Shown here: piece by piece, positions 24,581 to 36,944 of the stretch | Layout of the letters: each line of letters starts with the position of its first letter | Position numbering within the stretch: position 1 is the stretch's first letter | Source: Lama glama | Taxonomy: Eukaryota | Direction: 5' to 3' | DNA length: 64,000 nt | Assembly: GCA_028534125.1 (NCBI GenBank) | Contig: CM052818.1 | Coordinates: 49,664,001-49,728,000 of the forward strand | Translations under genes and position numbers: made by a program | The notes under the pieces: model-generated | What the model was told of the DNA's origin: nothing | The model's database searches: none | Seen by the model: only the letters and a program-made list of their open reading frames with translations

Positions 24581-26089
24581 CTCGGAGGAGCTGCGTGAAT
24601 TACACAGCAGTTTCTAACAGAAAGAGAAGCTTCCGAACACACGTGTTCAGGACAGCCCGACAACAGGCGGGGCCCGGGGCAGGACCACGGACAGGAACAC
24701 GGTGGACCCGGGCGTGGGCTCCGTCAGCCCAGGGGCCTCCGCCTCCCCGTGACTCCGAACAGAGGTAAATCTCATTCCCCTCGCTTTTCGGTCAGAGAGG
24801 GAGTCACGTAAAACACCTGTAAACGTTCACATTAAAACTTATTTTTAAATCCTTTTCCTTAGAGTCATCGGGAACTGCAGTTCCCTGGAAAATTCACCTC
24901 AGTGAGCCACTTCCTTCTCTTCCGTGACAGCTTGAGACACGTGAGGTCTAAAGTAGCGTGTGGCCGTCTGACCGCTAGCGTGCCGTTTACCGGGGTGAAC
25001 CCACCGAAGCGGCAGATTCGGACAACGACCCTCGGGGTAAAAACAATAGTGAACTGGGGTCATCTGTTCCCAGAAGTGTAGAGAAAAGCGCCGGGGAGGG
25101 CCTCTAACTCCTGCCTAAACCTGCACATGTGAGATTATAAGTCAAACGCTAAGAGGCAGCAACGGAAGTCCTTGAATTAAACTGAGACCAAGGACATTTT
25201 TCTCACTAAAATCAACACGACACGGTCACTGAAACTCAAGATCCCAAGAGCACTTACTTCGAGTCTAATTTTCCTCACCCCTCAGTTTAAGGAAACAGAA
25301 TTCCAAATTCATTCTGTTGAAGTACTCTACAAATCACTTCTGTGGCTATGTTAAGTCTGTATTATGTTATTCTGATTAATTTTAAGTAAATTTCTACACC
25401 AAGTCAAGTTCTCTTGAGAAGCTTCTTCAATTTTCCCACTAATATATTTCGACCAAAACAGAAATTCTGTGAAAGAATACCCTATGAAAAGCTAGGTACG
25501 TCTACTCTGTGTTACTGCATCACAAAATAAGGCAAAATAACTCCATAAAATGTTTAAACACTGAATATCTGGGCATGGCCAAAGCTTACAGTATAGTTCG
25601 TTTAATGTTTCTAACAGTGTGCCTGGTACTCAAAGTGGATGGGGTGCGCCACCCCAGCGTGAAGGCATCAGGGGTGCTACCACCAGCCATTTCCCGAGCT
25701 CTCGCAGTGCGCCCGGCACCGTCTCACTTTATCCCAGCAGCATTTTGAGAGGGATTATTTCAGATCAAACCCTGCAAGTCTAATCACAGTATGACAAGTC
25801 GTCAATCACCCACCTCCTCTGTGGAGGGACATTCCCGTTGTGTGCAGGTTTTGTAATCACAAAAAAGAAAAAAAAATGCTGGAAAGAGGTGGAACAGCGC
25901 TGGGCCAGGACCCCTTCTGCAGTGCGTCCTCCGGAGCTTCGACTGGCTCAGCACTTTGCACGAATCCTGGAGGACCACGTGCCCCATGTGCTTCGGGGCC
26001 CCCTCGCCCACACTAGCTGGTGCTGGGGGCCTGCCCGCCCGGCACACAGTGCTGCTCTTTGTGCAGGGCCTGCTCACAAGCCCTCAGAA

Positions 26090-26320
26090 ATAATCCACAG
26101 AACGAACAAGGACCTGCCATACAGCAGTGGGAACCAGACGCCGTGTCTTGTAATGGGCTACAACGGAAAAGGGTCTGAAAACACGTGTGTGTGTGTGTGT
26201 ATGCGTAACTGAATTGCTTTGCTGTACACCTGAAACTAACATTGTAAGTCAACTACAATTAAAAATAAAATTTTAATAAACACATTGCAAACTGACTATA
26301 CATCAGTGAAAAAGAAATGC
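26090..26320 (+). mobile_element. L1 3'UTR fragment with (GT)n
   Basis: aacaaggacctgccatacagc...gctgtacacctgaaactaacattgtaagtcaacta. Confidence 0.75.
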
Positions 26321-27941
26321 AAAAATATCTTTAATTAAGTAAATAAATATTTTTAAAAGAAGAGAAATAATTCATTGAACTGTTTAATCCTGTGAATTAC
26401 ACGGAAGCAACTCACTTAATACAGGTAGGTTGTGCACTGCTGTAACGGGGCTTTCCCCGGGGGGGGAGCCTGGATTCAGCTCTAGAACACCTGGTTTTAG
26501 TCCAGGTTCCATCACCAACGAGCCACCTAACTCTGTTCACGTCACTTAAACTTCCCTGAATTCTTTACTCATCTTTCAAGTGACAGAGAGTAAGACCCGC
26601 TCTCCCTCACACGGTTCCCATGTCTCCATTTTCCCAGAGGAGAGCAGAGGCAGGCAAGTGCGCCGAGAACAGCCATGCCCACTCTGCGCTCAGACAGAGG
26701 AAAGACGGGGAAGGCCATGAGGACGGAAATGACCCCGGGATGCACGGTGTGACATGGGGACACTGCAGGCCCAGCCAAGTGACTAGGGCCGCACGTAAAT
26801 TCGCCAGCACAGAGGGCTCACCCGCAGAACACAGACGCATTTAGCACCTGCTGTCTCGTCAGAGCATTTATTCTAGAACAACGCAAACCAAGACAGCAAT
26901 CAACAAAAGACAAGTCTTTTCGCTCAGTAAGTATTATATCAGCTCGGAATCCTGGGTGCCGCCCCTGAAGCACAAAGCAGGTAAACTGTGGCGCAGTAAG
27001 CAGCAGCGAGCAGTGAGGGGTGATGGAGAGGCACGTGGTCAGGTGAGCAGTCCTGGTAACAGGAGCGAGGCAGCCCAGAGCGACTGACAGGCCCCCGTCC
27101 TGGGACTGGCAGCTCTCTGTCCTCACGGGACGGCAGGGCTCGGCTCTGAACTCCAGGTGCTCAGATGGGCCCCTCGTGGGAACAGCAGGTTTCCTGGACC
27201 GCATCTCGTGTTTTGGTCAAAGCTCCTGGTGGTGGTCTAACGCTGGCTAACGATGCTGGCTACACCACAGATGCGCGTCCGTGAAAATACTACGTATGAA
27301 AGACGACAGTCACCAGCCACTCTTAGGGAGAGACGTCTTCCCCCAAGGAGAGGGGCGCGGTGGTGACCATCAAGCACCCCGAGCCTCCACACTGTGCGCC
27401 ACACGGCTTGCCCCCCAACACCAAGGTGGCACTCCTGTCGCCACTGGAAGCCATACACATTCTTGGAAGCTTCCCGGAGGTAAATATTAAAGAGGTGGAG
27501 GCTGTGTGTAACTCCACGTCATGAACAGTCATGACGGCTCTATGCGGTTCCACCCCAACGCCCGGCTGCAGTGATGAAAAAGCCGGAGGACATAAGGTCT
27601 GCGGATAGGAGGGGGTTGAATACCGATGACAAAGACATGATGGAATGTGCTGCAGCCACACAGTCACTGTGGGACAAGCGGTGACCCTAGGGGGGTCCTT
27701 CACTATGTGAAGCTATCGCGACACAGTTAATAGAACGCAGATAAGAAAACAGTGCGTGTAGATGGACTGCACTTCTGCAGATGTGCATGTGTGTGTACAC
27801 GTGTGTCTGTGCATACAGACCTCTGCTCCCTGCGCAGAGAAAAACAGCTAGAAATGGCGATGACGAGATGCAGAATGGGACGTTTGAGAGGCAGGACTGT
27901 GGTTCTCACTCTCATCATTGAGGTTTGCCGCCTGGCACACT

Positions 27942-28420
27942 TGAATTGAAGTGTAGCTGATTCGCAAGGTTGTGTTAGTTTCTGGTGCACAGCACGGTGA
28001 TTCAGGCACACGTGTATACACATACTCTTTTTCAGGTTACTTTTCATTGTAGGTTATTACAAAATGTCCAATATAGTTCCCTGTGCTCTACAGTAGGTCC
28101 TTGTTGTTTGTCTGTTTTATATACAGTAGTTTGTATCTGCTAATCTCAGACTCCTAATTTATCCCTCCCTCCCCCATTTTCCCCCTGGTAACTGTAAGTT
28201 TCTCTCTGAGGCTGTTTCTGTTTTGTAAATAAGTTCATTTGTCTCCTTTTTTTTTAATTCCACGTATAAGTGATATCGTGTGGTATTTGTCTCTCTCTGA
28301 CTTATTTCACTTAGTATGAGGATTTCTAGGTCCATCCACGTTGCTGCAAATGGCACTATTTCATTCTTTTTCGTGGCTGAGTAGTATTCCAGAGTGAGTG
28401 AGTGTGTGTGTGTGTGTGTG
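27942..28420 (-). mobile_element. L1 3' end abutting the gap
   Basis: Same 3'UTR type as 3135-3803. Confidence 0.88.
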
Positions 28421-28920
28421 NNNNNNNNNNNNNNNNNNNNNNNNNNNNNNNNNNNNNNNNNNNNNNNNNNNNNNNNNNNNNNNNNNNNNNNNNNNNNNNN
28501 NNNNNNNNNNNNNNNNNNNNNNNNNNNNNNNNNNNNNNNNNNNNNNNNNNNNNNNNNNNNNNNNNNNNNNNNNNNNNNNNNNNNNNNNNNNNNNNNNNNN
28601 NNNNNNNNNNNNNNNNNNNNNNNNNNNNNNNNNNNNNNNNNNNNNNNNNNNNNNNNNNNNNNNNNNNNNNNNNNNNNNNNNNNNNNNNNNNNNNNNNNNN
28701 NNNNNNNNNNNNNNNNNNNNNNNNNNNNNNNNNNNNNNNNNNNNNNNNNNNNNNNNNNNNNNNNNNNNNNNNNNNNNNNNNNNNNNNNNNNNNNNNNNNN
28801 NNNNNNNNNNNNNNNNNNNNNNNNNNNNNNNNNNNNNNNNNNNNNNNNNNNNNNNNNNNNNNNNNNNNNNNNNNNNNNNNNNNNNNNNNNNNNNNNNNNN
28901 NNNNNNNNNNNNNNNNNNNN
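28421..28920. other. Assembly gap (500 N)
   Basis: Run of exactly 500 N, flanked by (GT)n and L1 sequence. Confidence 1.
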
Positions 28921-29218
28921 CATGTTGCTGCAAATGGCGTTATGTTGTCGGTTTTTATGGCTGAGTAGTATTCCACTGTATAAATATACCACATCTTCTT
29001 TATCCAGTCATCTGTTGACGGACATTTAGGTTGTTTCCATGTCTTGGCTATTGTAAACAGTGCTGCTATGAACACTGGGGTGCAGGTGTCATCCTGAAGT
29101 AGGGTTCTTTCTGGATATATGCCCAGGAGCGGGATTCCTGGGTCATATGGTAAGTTTATTTCTAGTCTTTTGAGGAATCTCCATACTGTTTTCCACAATG
29201 GCTGCACCAAACTGCATT
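28921..29218 (-). mobile_element. Young L1 ORF2 C-terminal fragment abutting the gap
   Basis: Translates [33 protein letters not shown]...KQPKCPSTDDWIKKMWYIYTVEYYSAIK. Confidence 0.92.
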
Positions 29219-30229
29219 CTGCAGCTTGATTTTTTTTCAAACAAGTCAACAAACTGCAAGCACCTGTTAATGAAGTTCTTAAATTAAAAAAAAAAATTTG
29301 CAGCCAATGCAAAGCTGAAAACTGAGGGACCCAAACAGCCTGCAAATCTCCCGCTCGCCGCCTTGGCTTCCCAGCCCTCCCAGGCATGCTCCTGCTGGCC
29401 TTCAAATAGGTATTCCAGTTCTAGATCCCCAAATTCCACAGCAGGTCATGAGCACAAGCCCCCCAAATGAGACAGCTTATTATCATTAAATAAAAACAAA
29501 AGGTAGAAGATTAATTTTAAAATTAAGGCATAAAAAGATCGAAAATCACAAAATGCTCTTTATTGTTTCGATGCTGCCTTCCAAAGAGCCCAGGAACGGT
29601 GCGGAAAGAGGGAACAGGACCTCCCTCAGAGACCCAGCGGACCCGAGCCTTTACACCAGGTGCTCAGAAGAGGTAGTTCCGGTTGGACTTAGGTTTCCTT
29701 GGGGGTGGGGTGGGGGGTGAGCAGCACAAATGAGAAGCAGACACGAGACGCTGATGTGTGATGTCCCTCCTTGCTGCTTCTGGAGAATAAAGGGAAGGAA
29801 GAAACCAACCGCTAGAATCAAGCCGGGCATTTTAAAGCACTGCATTCATTTCATTCTTAGAACATCTCACTGGAGTAGATATTAACTGGTCCCATTTTAT
29901 TGATGAGGAAACTGAGTCTCAGCAAGGTTAATTAATTTGCTAAATGCTCCCAGATGGGAAAAGCCATATTCAATTCACCCCAGGTCTTCGGCTCCAGGAC
30001 CACATTCCTCTTCTCTGGCATGGCTGCCTCGCCAGAGACTCCCCCCTTTGCCTGTTACCCACTAGTCCTCGGGTACAAATGGGTGGTAAGGACACTAGAA
30101 GTAAAGCTGGGGTGTCAACGAGCTTCTACAGTTTGATTTAAATACCGCTTCCACTTTGCATCTCAACAACAAATTCCAGGGTAAATAGGAAAAATTCCTA
30201 CTAGAATTCAAATTCTTTGTGGGTCTCCC

Positions 30230-30232
<3 letters not shown>

Positions 30233-30275
<43 letters not shown>
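30233..30275. repeat. (CA)n microsatellite, ~21 units
   Basis: Direct reading. Confidence 0.97.
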
Positions 30276-30278
<3 letters not shown>

Positions 30279-31367
30279 ACACAATGCCCTGATCTACATT
30301 TTGTTTTGAATACAACTTTCCTCACACAAAAAAATCATAAATTCTAGGCTTTATGGGACATTTATTTTTTTAAGTAATTATTAGCCTATAATACTTTGTT
30401 TTATAGAGAAAAAATTATGTTCCTCATCTCAAATTAATTTATTCCAGCAAATGTAGGGAATGTTTGAATAATGATTGGCTCAGGGGTAGATTTTAACGGT
30501 ATTTGTCTTCTCGATGTACCGTTTCACAGCCATTATCCTGAGAAGACTCCGGGACGGGTAATATATCACCAGGTTTCACTTCAACGTTCATCTGCTGGCG
30601 GCACAATCAGGAGCTTATTTGCTGGTGAAAATTAATTTTAACCGCTCAACGGCTCCGTAATTACAGAACATACATCCTGACAGGTGCCAGCTTACCGATA
30701 CCAGCACAAACCCAGCCAGAATCATTTTCAGAGTTTTATTCACCGAAGTCTGGATTCTGATTTCATACTTCACTGACTTAAAAAGAAGTGAAGAAAATGA
30801 AACCCAAATGCCTCTCCGTGTCGATCTCCACATGCAAACATCACCCATCTGTTCTGTGGCCATGAAGGTGCCTGGAAAATGCAAAGTAACAGGGACTCTC
30901 CGCCACGTGGGAGCCCCACCTCCCCCGCCTGCTCAGCGAACTAAGTCGCGTTTCCTTCCCTGCAGAACATAATCATCGATGTTCAGAAACCTGAGAAAAT
31001 AAACACCTCAGTCTTTCTCCGTATTTCCGCCACACGTCCAGAACATTTTAAATAAACCCTGAAAATCTCTCTGCCAAATCAGAGGTCTCACGGTCTCCTA
31101 GAAAACGCCTCAACCCACAGGAAAGAGGAAAGACTGGCACCTGCTGATCACGGTCCAGGCGCAATGGGCAATGCTCCGCGAGCCTCCTCCCTCATCCGCT
31201 CCAGGATAAAACACACGTCACTCTTACAAGGGAACGTTTTGGGGGGAAGATTAAATACTTTTCATCGCACATATGTTGAAAAGGATTTTAAAATCAATTT
31301 TTGTAGAAACATATTCTTTCGTGACTGTGAGACCACAAGACCAGATGCTGCTGGGAAATCAGTATCC

Positions 31368-32142
31368 AGCCTGTTCGGGCTACGATAACAAAAACATCCC
31401 AGCCTGGGGCCAGGGCTTAAACAGCAGACATTCACCTCTCACAGCTCTGGAGGCTGGAAGTCAGAGATCAAGGTGCTGATGGATTCAGTGTCTGCTGCGG
31501 GCCCGCCTCCTGGATCACAGACAGCATCTCCTTGCTGCGTCCTCACTCGGAGCTCTCGGGGGGCCTCCTTTATAAGAGCACTAATCCCACGAGAGGCTCC
31601 ACCCTCATGACCTCATCACCTCCAGAGGCCGCACCTCCTGACACCATTAAAAAGGAAGGTCGCTCGCTTGCCATCTGTTTCTACAAGGATCAAGCCGTTA
31701 GCCACTGCAGTGGCTGACCTCCAGCGCACTCGGGAAGGAACTCGGGTGAGGACCAGGCCTTGAGACAGTTAGAAATATTTCAGGAGAAATTTCTTATGAA
31801 CCTGGATTCTTGCACCTTTCCATACTTAGTAAAGCACTAGCACTGTTGACTGAGATGTCTTCTCGTGACTAGCAGCCCCTCTACTGAGACGGATGCTCGA
31901 GTGCACGAACGCCTTCACCAAATCACACGGGGAATGTCTTCCTCCCCAACCCCTCAGAGAAGTTCCGCGGGGCTGTCTGAGCAGCCGTCTCCTGGGCCAC
32001 ATCCTCAGTAAGACACTGAATAAACTCAACTCACAACCCCTACGTTGTGCATTTTTTCGCAAGTTGACACCATCACATGGGGGAAGGCGGTTCAGTTTCA
32101 ACATACGAATTTCAGAAGGACACAGACATTCAGTGTGTAGCA
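31368..32142. mobile_element. MaLR (MLT1-like) LTR, split by an inserted element at 31648-32069
   Basis: cacagctctggaggctggaagtcagagatcaaggtg...ccctcatgacctcatcacctcc...accat / cacatggg...tttcaacatacgaattt...gacacagacattcag. Confidence 0.75.
31648..32069 (+). mobile_element. Solo ERV-type LTR inserted into the MaLR element
   Basis: ~420-bp insert flanked by a CCAT duplication, ends in CA, AATAAA near its 3' end; the MaLR sequence resumes after it. Confidence 0.6.
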
Positions 32143-33360
32143 TGTGGTAATGAACCCTGAAAAAATAATCACAAAATGAAATATCTACAAAGGTGCACAT
32201 CCTTGCCAGGGGATGCCCGTACGTAACAGGATTATCACAGTAATAAATTTAAATCTAAAATGTCACGGCGTTAATCCAGACTCCGCCTCTCAGCAACCGT
32301 GACGTCTGTGACTTACCAGGTTTCTTTAAAAACAATAGCATGGCAAGTCTGCACCTTTGCAGACGCCATTAAGAATCTGGATCACAAGCCAGCCAGCTCA
32401 CAAAATGACACTATCTGGGTGGTCCAGAAACCCTCAAGCTACTGATTTAATTAGGAGCATCTCTGGAGAGAGAGCGTGCCTGACATTTGGGAGAAGAAAA
32501 TGGAAATCCTCTCTGGAGAATCTCGCCTTTACCTCAGCCCTCAGAGAGCTTCCTCAGATCAAACCCCGCAGAAAAGGAGTCATCTGCAGGCTCCTTCTCA
32601 AAAACTAAGTAAACTAACAAGGAGAGAAAGGACCGCGAGACAAAACCAGCTGAAATAAGGGGAAGTAGGTGAATTTCAAACGGCCGGGATTGCAAGCACA
32701 GACCACAGAAGGACAGTATTTCAACAAAAGGCAAACTTGAAAACACACAGAGGACAAAGAAACACAAAAGAATAATATGGAAAAACCAGATAGAATTTTT
32801 AGAAATGAAAAACTAAACGATTTAAATTTAAAACTCAGTGAATTGGTTTGATAGCATTGTATACACAGCAGAAAACTTAATGAGAAGCTCCAAGTGAAGG
32901 AAGTCCCCAGAGCAGAGCACGAGGATAAAAGAGAGAAAAATGCACGGAAAAGAGGAGGACTCCCGGAGGTCGGAGTCAACGAAACAGGCCAACCCACGTC
33001 GACTGAGACACAGAAAAGCAAGGGGAGGAAACGGAGGCAGAGGCATCTTCTGAACAGACAATGGCTGACAGGCCCCAAGACCACCGGCAGTTACCACCGG
33101 AGACTCAAGAGAATTCAGTAAATCTGCATGTAGACATCTCACTTAAAGCACAGCACACAGAATCAAAGAGAATAGATTTTAAAAAGCTGAAAAAGATAAA
33201 CCACTACTTTCAAAGAAGTGAATGGCGACAGCTGATTTCTCGCCAGCAACCACTAAGTTAGAAGACAATGAAAAAACACCTGTCATGGGTGGAAGGGCGC
33301 CATCATCCACAGAATCACAGCAGAAACGTACGTGGAGAACAAAGGTAAAAAGGCTTCTGC

Positions 33361-33600
33361 GGGGAGGGCAGAGCTCAGTCAGCAGTAGACGACGTGCTTA
33401 GCATGCGTGGGTTCGATCCCCAGTACCTCTGTTAGATAAATTAGTAAGTAAATAAACTTTAATTCCCTCCCCCCAAAAAACAAAAAAAAAATTTAATAAA
33501 TTAAATAAATAAATATATAAATAAATAAACCTAATTACCTTCCCCCCCAAAAAACAAACAAAAAATTTTAAAAATTAAATAAGTAATTTTAAAATTTTTT
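33361..33600 (+). mobile_element. Vic-1-like SINE with duplicated AT-rich tail
   Basis: ggggagggcagagctcag...gggttcgatccccagtacctc; tail aaataaac.taatt.cct.cccccc present twice. Confidence 0.82.
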
Positions 33601-34249
33601 AAAAAGAAGATTGCCACTCTGGGAACCAAGGACTAAGTAACGCCGATCAACCCTTCCACTAAAAACTGATAAAACTGGACAAACTAAGAGAGCTGTCGTT
33701 GAAACACAAGACATCCAGCAAGATGGTGAGGAACTACCGCACTGCAGGTAAGAAGGGAAATCCGAAGACATGAGCCTGAAGCCCAGGGCCCCTGTGGCCC
33801 AGAGGTAGTTGCTGCTGGGCACAGAAAACTCAGAGAGTGAACCGCGGTTCTGACAGCCTTTGCAGCCGGCAGGCAAAGCCCACCGCCGCCGCGGCTACAG
33901 CGAGCCGCCCTCTGTGAACCGGGACCCCCTGCGCTGCCCCTGAGAAGGAGGGAGCGTCCCGGCTCCCAGCCGTCTGGCCTGAACCATCTCACACTCTGAA
34001 GCTGTACCAAGTTGATCGTGAACTGGGGTGACAGGGGTACGTGGCTGAAGGTCACAAAAATCTACTTTGGCAAAAGATATTATCATCCTAGGCCTCCAAT
34101 TATTTCTGAAAATAACTTTTAAAAGTAATGGCCAGCCCATAAAGATAACCTAGCAGAAGGAGGGAGAAGACAGCCTGAGAGCACCAGCCGCCGTGATCAC
34201 TCAGGCTGGGGAGCCCGCTGAGAGTCACCGCGGAGAGGCTCGGATCCCG

Positions 34250-34472
34250 GACAGGGCTTCCCGCCATGCGCCTGGGAGGGAGGCTGCGAGCACCGCCCAG
34301 TCAGGCCTTCACACCGGCGGCCAGCATCCTGCTTGCAAACTCATGAGCGCCTCTGAGCCAGAAACACTCGGCTGCTCCTGAATTCCTGATCACAGAAACT
34401 GGGAGATAATACAGGTCATTTTATGCCAGTAAGCTTGCACTAACAGGACACGCAGACACGGATAACTGACAC
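34250..34472 (+). mobile_element. MLT1-like LTR 3' remnant
   Basis: gaattcctgatcacagaaactgggagataat...gataactgacac. Confidence 0.45.
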
Positions 34473-34477
34473 GCTCC

Positions 34478-35140
34478 CCTAGAGATGGTCTTGCCCTGTG
34501 CATCAGGAGACACGCAGGAGCGTGTTTACAGCAGCGTTGCTGATCTTAGCACGACATTTACAACGACCCAAGTTACCCATCAACAGACTGGATAAGTAAA
34601 CTGGTACATCAGTCAGTGAAATAATACGTAACAGTGAAAAGCGAATGACCTATTAGCTACATGCTATTAACGTGGGTAAGTCTCAGAAGCATATTATTGT
34701 ATGAAAAGCAAGTAACAGAAAAATGTATGCAATATAATAGCATTTACATAAAGTATGTGAAACACTGAAAAAACCCTACCCTTCAGGGATAGATGACTAT
34801 GAAAAGATGATTATTACAAAAGCCAAAATAGGGGGGAGGGCATAGCTCAGTGGTGGAGTGCATGCTCAGTAGGCACGAGGTCCTGGTCAATCCCCAGTCC
34901 CTCCATTTAAATATAATTAATAAGCCTAATTACCCTCTCCCACAAAAAAACAAAATAAAATAAAATACTCTTTTAAAAAGCTAAAACGGTGCTTACCTAT
35001 AGGGAAAGGATGGGGGTGGAGGTAGGAGGGTTTTAAAATGCAGCTAATCCACAGAGGCCTGCTTTGTTACTATTCCTTACGCATGGAGTTGCATACACTC
35101 TTCCGTACATATCCTGTATATATATTCTTTTCACGATAAA
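34478..35140 (+). mobile_element. Ancient L1M 3' remnant interrupted by a SINE
   Basis: tgtttacagcagcgttg...acccatcaacagactggataagtaaactggtacat... Confidence 0.6.
34831..34975 (+). mobile_element. Vic-1-like SINE
   Basis: ggggagggcatagctcagtggtggagtgcatgct...; approximate TSD aaaagccaaaa/aaaagctaaaa. Confidence 0.87.
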
Positions 35141-36324
35141 AGAAATGAAGTCAACAACAGTGTAAGAAATGGTAATAATATCCTTCAAAGGCAGACACAA
35201 GCAATGAGTGAAGCCCAGGCGGCTCGGGAATTCACGGAGGATTCAGAAACAGTCTTCTCCCTTCCCTTTCGTAGAGGAAGCCTTTTCCGAGGCCCTGCAC
35301 CCAGGCAGCATCAAACCTGTGCTTCCCTCACAATAGCTGCCACTTTGTCTTTTGTGGCTACTTCTGTGTGGCTCTTCTCTCTCCCAAACATACACTGTGA
35401 AGCCCCCTCAGCCTCTGCAGCACCCCCCGGGGGGCTCCCTATAGGAAGAAGGGCACAATAGCTTTTGCTAAGAACTGCAAGTAGGTTTGGGTTGCAAATA
35501 CACTTGTCTAATGACAGTTACCAAGAGAGTTTAGAAGAAATTATAAGGATTATAAGCACACAAAAGACTGTGGTCTCTCTGGGAAAAAGAAAGACCACAA
35601 TCAGAACAGTGCCAAAGAACCCTATATGCAGCAAGATCTCAAAAGGATTGCCATACCAGTCCCAGGATACACGGGAAAGAATTAAACTGACAATTTGGGT
35701 GGGGGCCCTCTGGTACAACTGAACATGGCCAATTTCCACTACGGCTTTCAGAGTGGCCCTGGCGTTGATACACAGGCCTGCGTCCCCAGGACAAGCGACC
35801 CCCTCCCCGTCTGCTGTCCTGATCTTAGCAGACACCCGGCCGGGGTGTCCCTGCTCACAGGCCAGCACCGCGTCAGGGCCCAGGATGTCAGAAATCACAG
35901 GCAGGACTCCTGTCCTCTGCAGACTCCTAGTCTAGCAGGACAGAGAGCGGTGAACTGGGCCGACCACACACCTCAGTACCTGCGCTCATGGAAGGATGCG
36001 AGCCCAGGTCCCCGGAACACCAGTCTGAACCAGCCGGGACCCAGTTGAGTCCTGCCTGCCAACGTCGCGTGGCCAACTCTCGTGCTGCAGACCTCCGCGC
36101 AGAGCTCACCTTTACAAAGAGGCCTACCCTGGGCGCACTATTTTAATTGCCACATCTCCGCCCCCTCTCCCCATCCCCTTTCTAACCCTCTCCCCACACT
36201 GACGAGTCCGGTGATCAGAGCTGGCCTGCCCTCCCGACAAAGCGGGCGGGGACTGTGGCCGGCAGGGCGCATGCGCCCGAGGAGGCCCCGTGGAGAAAAT
36301 CTGCACAAGAAGGTGGCGCTCCGC

Positions 36325-36640
36325 GGGGGCAGAGCCAGGGTCGGTCCCCCGGGCCATGGGGACAGGAGGGGCCGCCAGGCGGAGGCAGAGCCGGATGGAG
36401 TCTGTGCCCCCGCCCCACTCAGGCAGAACGGGCCGCGTGGGCTGGGGGGGAAGGGACCCCAGGGCGCAGTTCCGGCCCCGTGGGGACAGGACGGGCCGCC
36501 AGGCGGGGACAGAGCCGGAGTCTGTCTCCTGGCCCCGCTTGGGCAGGACCGGCCACAGGGCAGGGGCCGGGGAGGGGGAACCCGGGCGCAGTTCCGGCCC
36601 CGTGGGGACAGGACGGGCCGCTCGGCGGGGGCAGAGCACG
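36325..36640. repeat. Degenerate GC-rich tandem repeat, ~122-125 bp period, ~2.5 copies
   Basis: gggacagga at ~36358, ~36483, ~36605; gggcgcagttccggccccgtggggacaggacgggccgc occurs twice. Confidence 0.85.
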
Positions 36641-36657
36641 CGCGGGGCCGCACTTAC

Positions 36658-36944
36658 TCGAGCTTCTTGAAGGCCTCGCGCCCGGCCGCCACGTACTTGC
36701 CGCCGGCCTGCAGCGCGTCCAGCTCGCGCACCGGGCGCCCGCGCGTCGGCGTGAACAGGCGCCGCACGCCGAACGGCACGGCCACCTGCTCGTTCAGCTG
36801 GTCCAGCAGCCCCTCGAAGGTGGCCACGCGGCGGTGCGACAGCACGAACTTGCGGCCCACGTAGAACTGGTCCCCGTTGCGGTACACCACGATGGTCTTG
36901 GCGGGCGTGGTGTCCACCAGCACGTGCGGCGCGCGCGAGCCCAT
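36658..36944 (-). CDS. DCDC2C: DCDC2C coding exon 1 (first DCX domain), 287 nt, ends phase 2
   Basis: MGSRAPHVLVDTTPAKTIVVYRNGDQFYVGRKFVLSHRRVATFEGLLDQLNEQVAVPFGVRRLFTPTRGRPVRELDALQAGGKYVAAGREAFKKL; Kozak GCGCCATGG; donor GA|GTAAGTG at 36657. Confidence 0.96.

Larger units (their letters stand above)
639..36944 (-). other. DCDC2C: DCDC2C gene, 5' portion (exons 1, 3-7 located; exon 2 not found; later exons lie outside the window before position 1)
   Basis: Spliced translation gives two doublecortin (DCX) domains matching recalled DCDC2C sequence; all located exons have GT-AG boundaries; directly follows ALLC, as in the known human gene order COLEC11-ALLC-DCDC2C. Confidence 0.95.

Noticed and set aside
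25251..25316. Possible DCDC2C exon 2 (ends ...RKIRLE|gtaagt)
   Set aside because: In-frame TGA upstream, wrong length/phase and no YIHIVPRKP similarity.
28159..29405. Long ORFs spanning the gap
   Set aside because: Artefacts of translating Ns; the flanks are L1.
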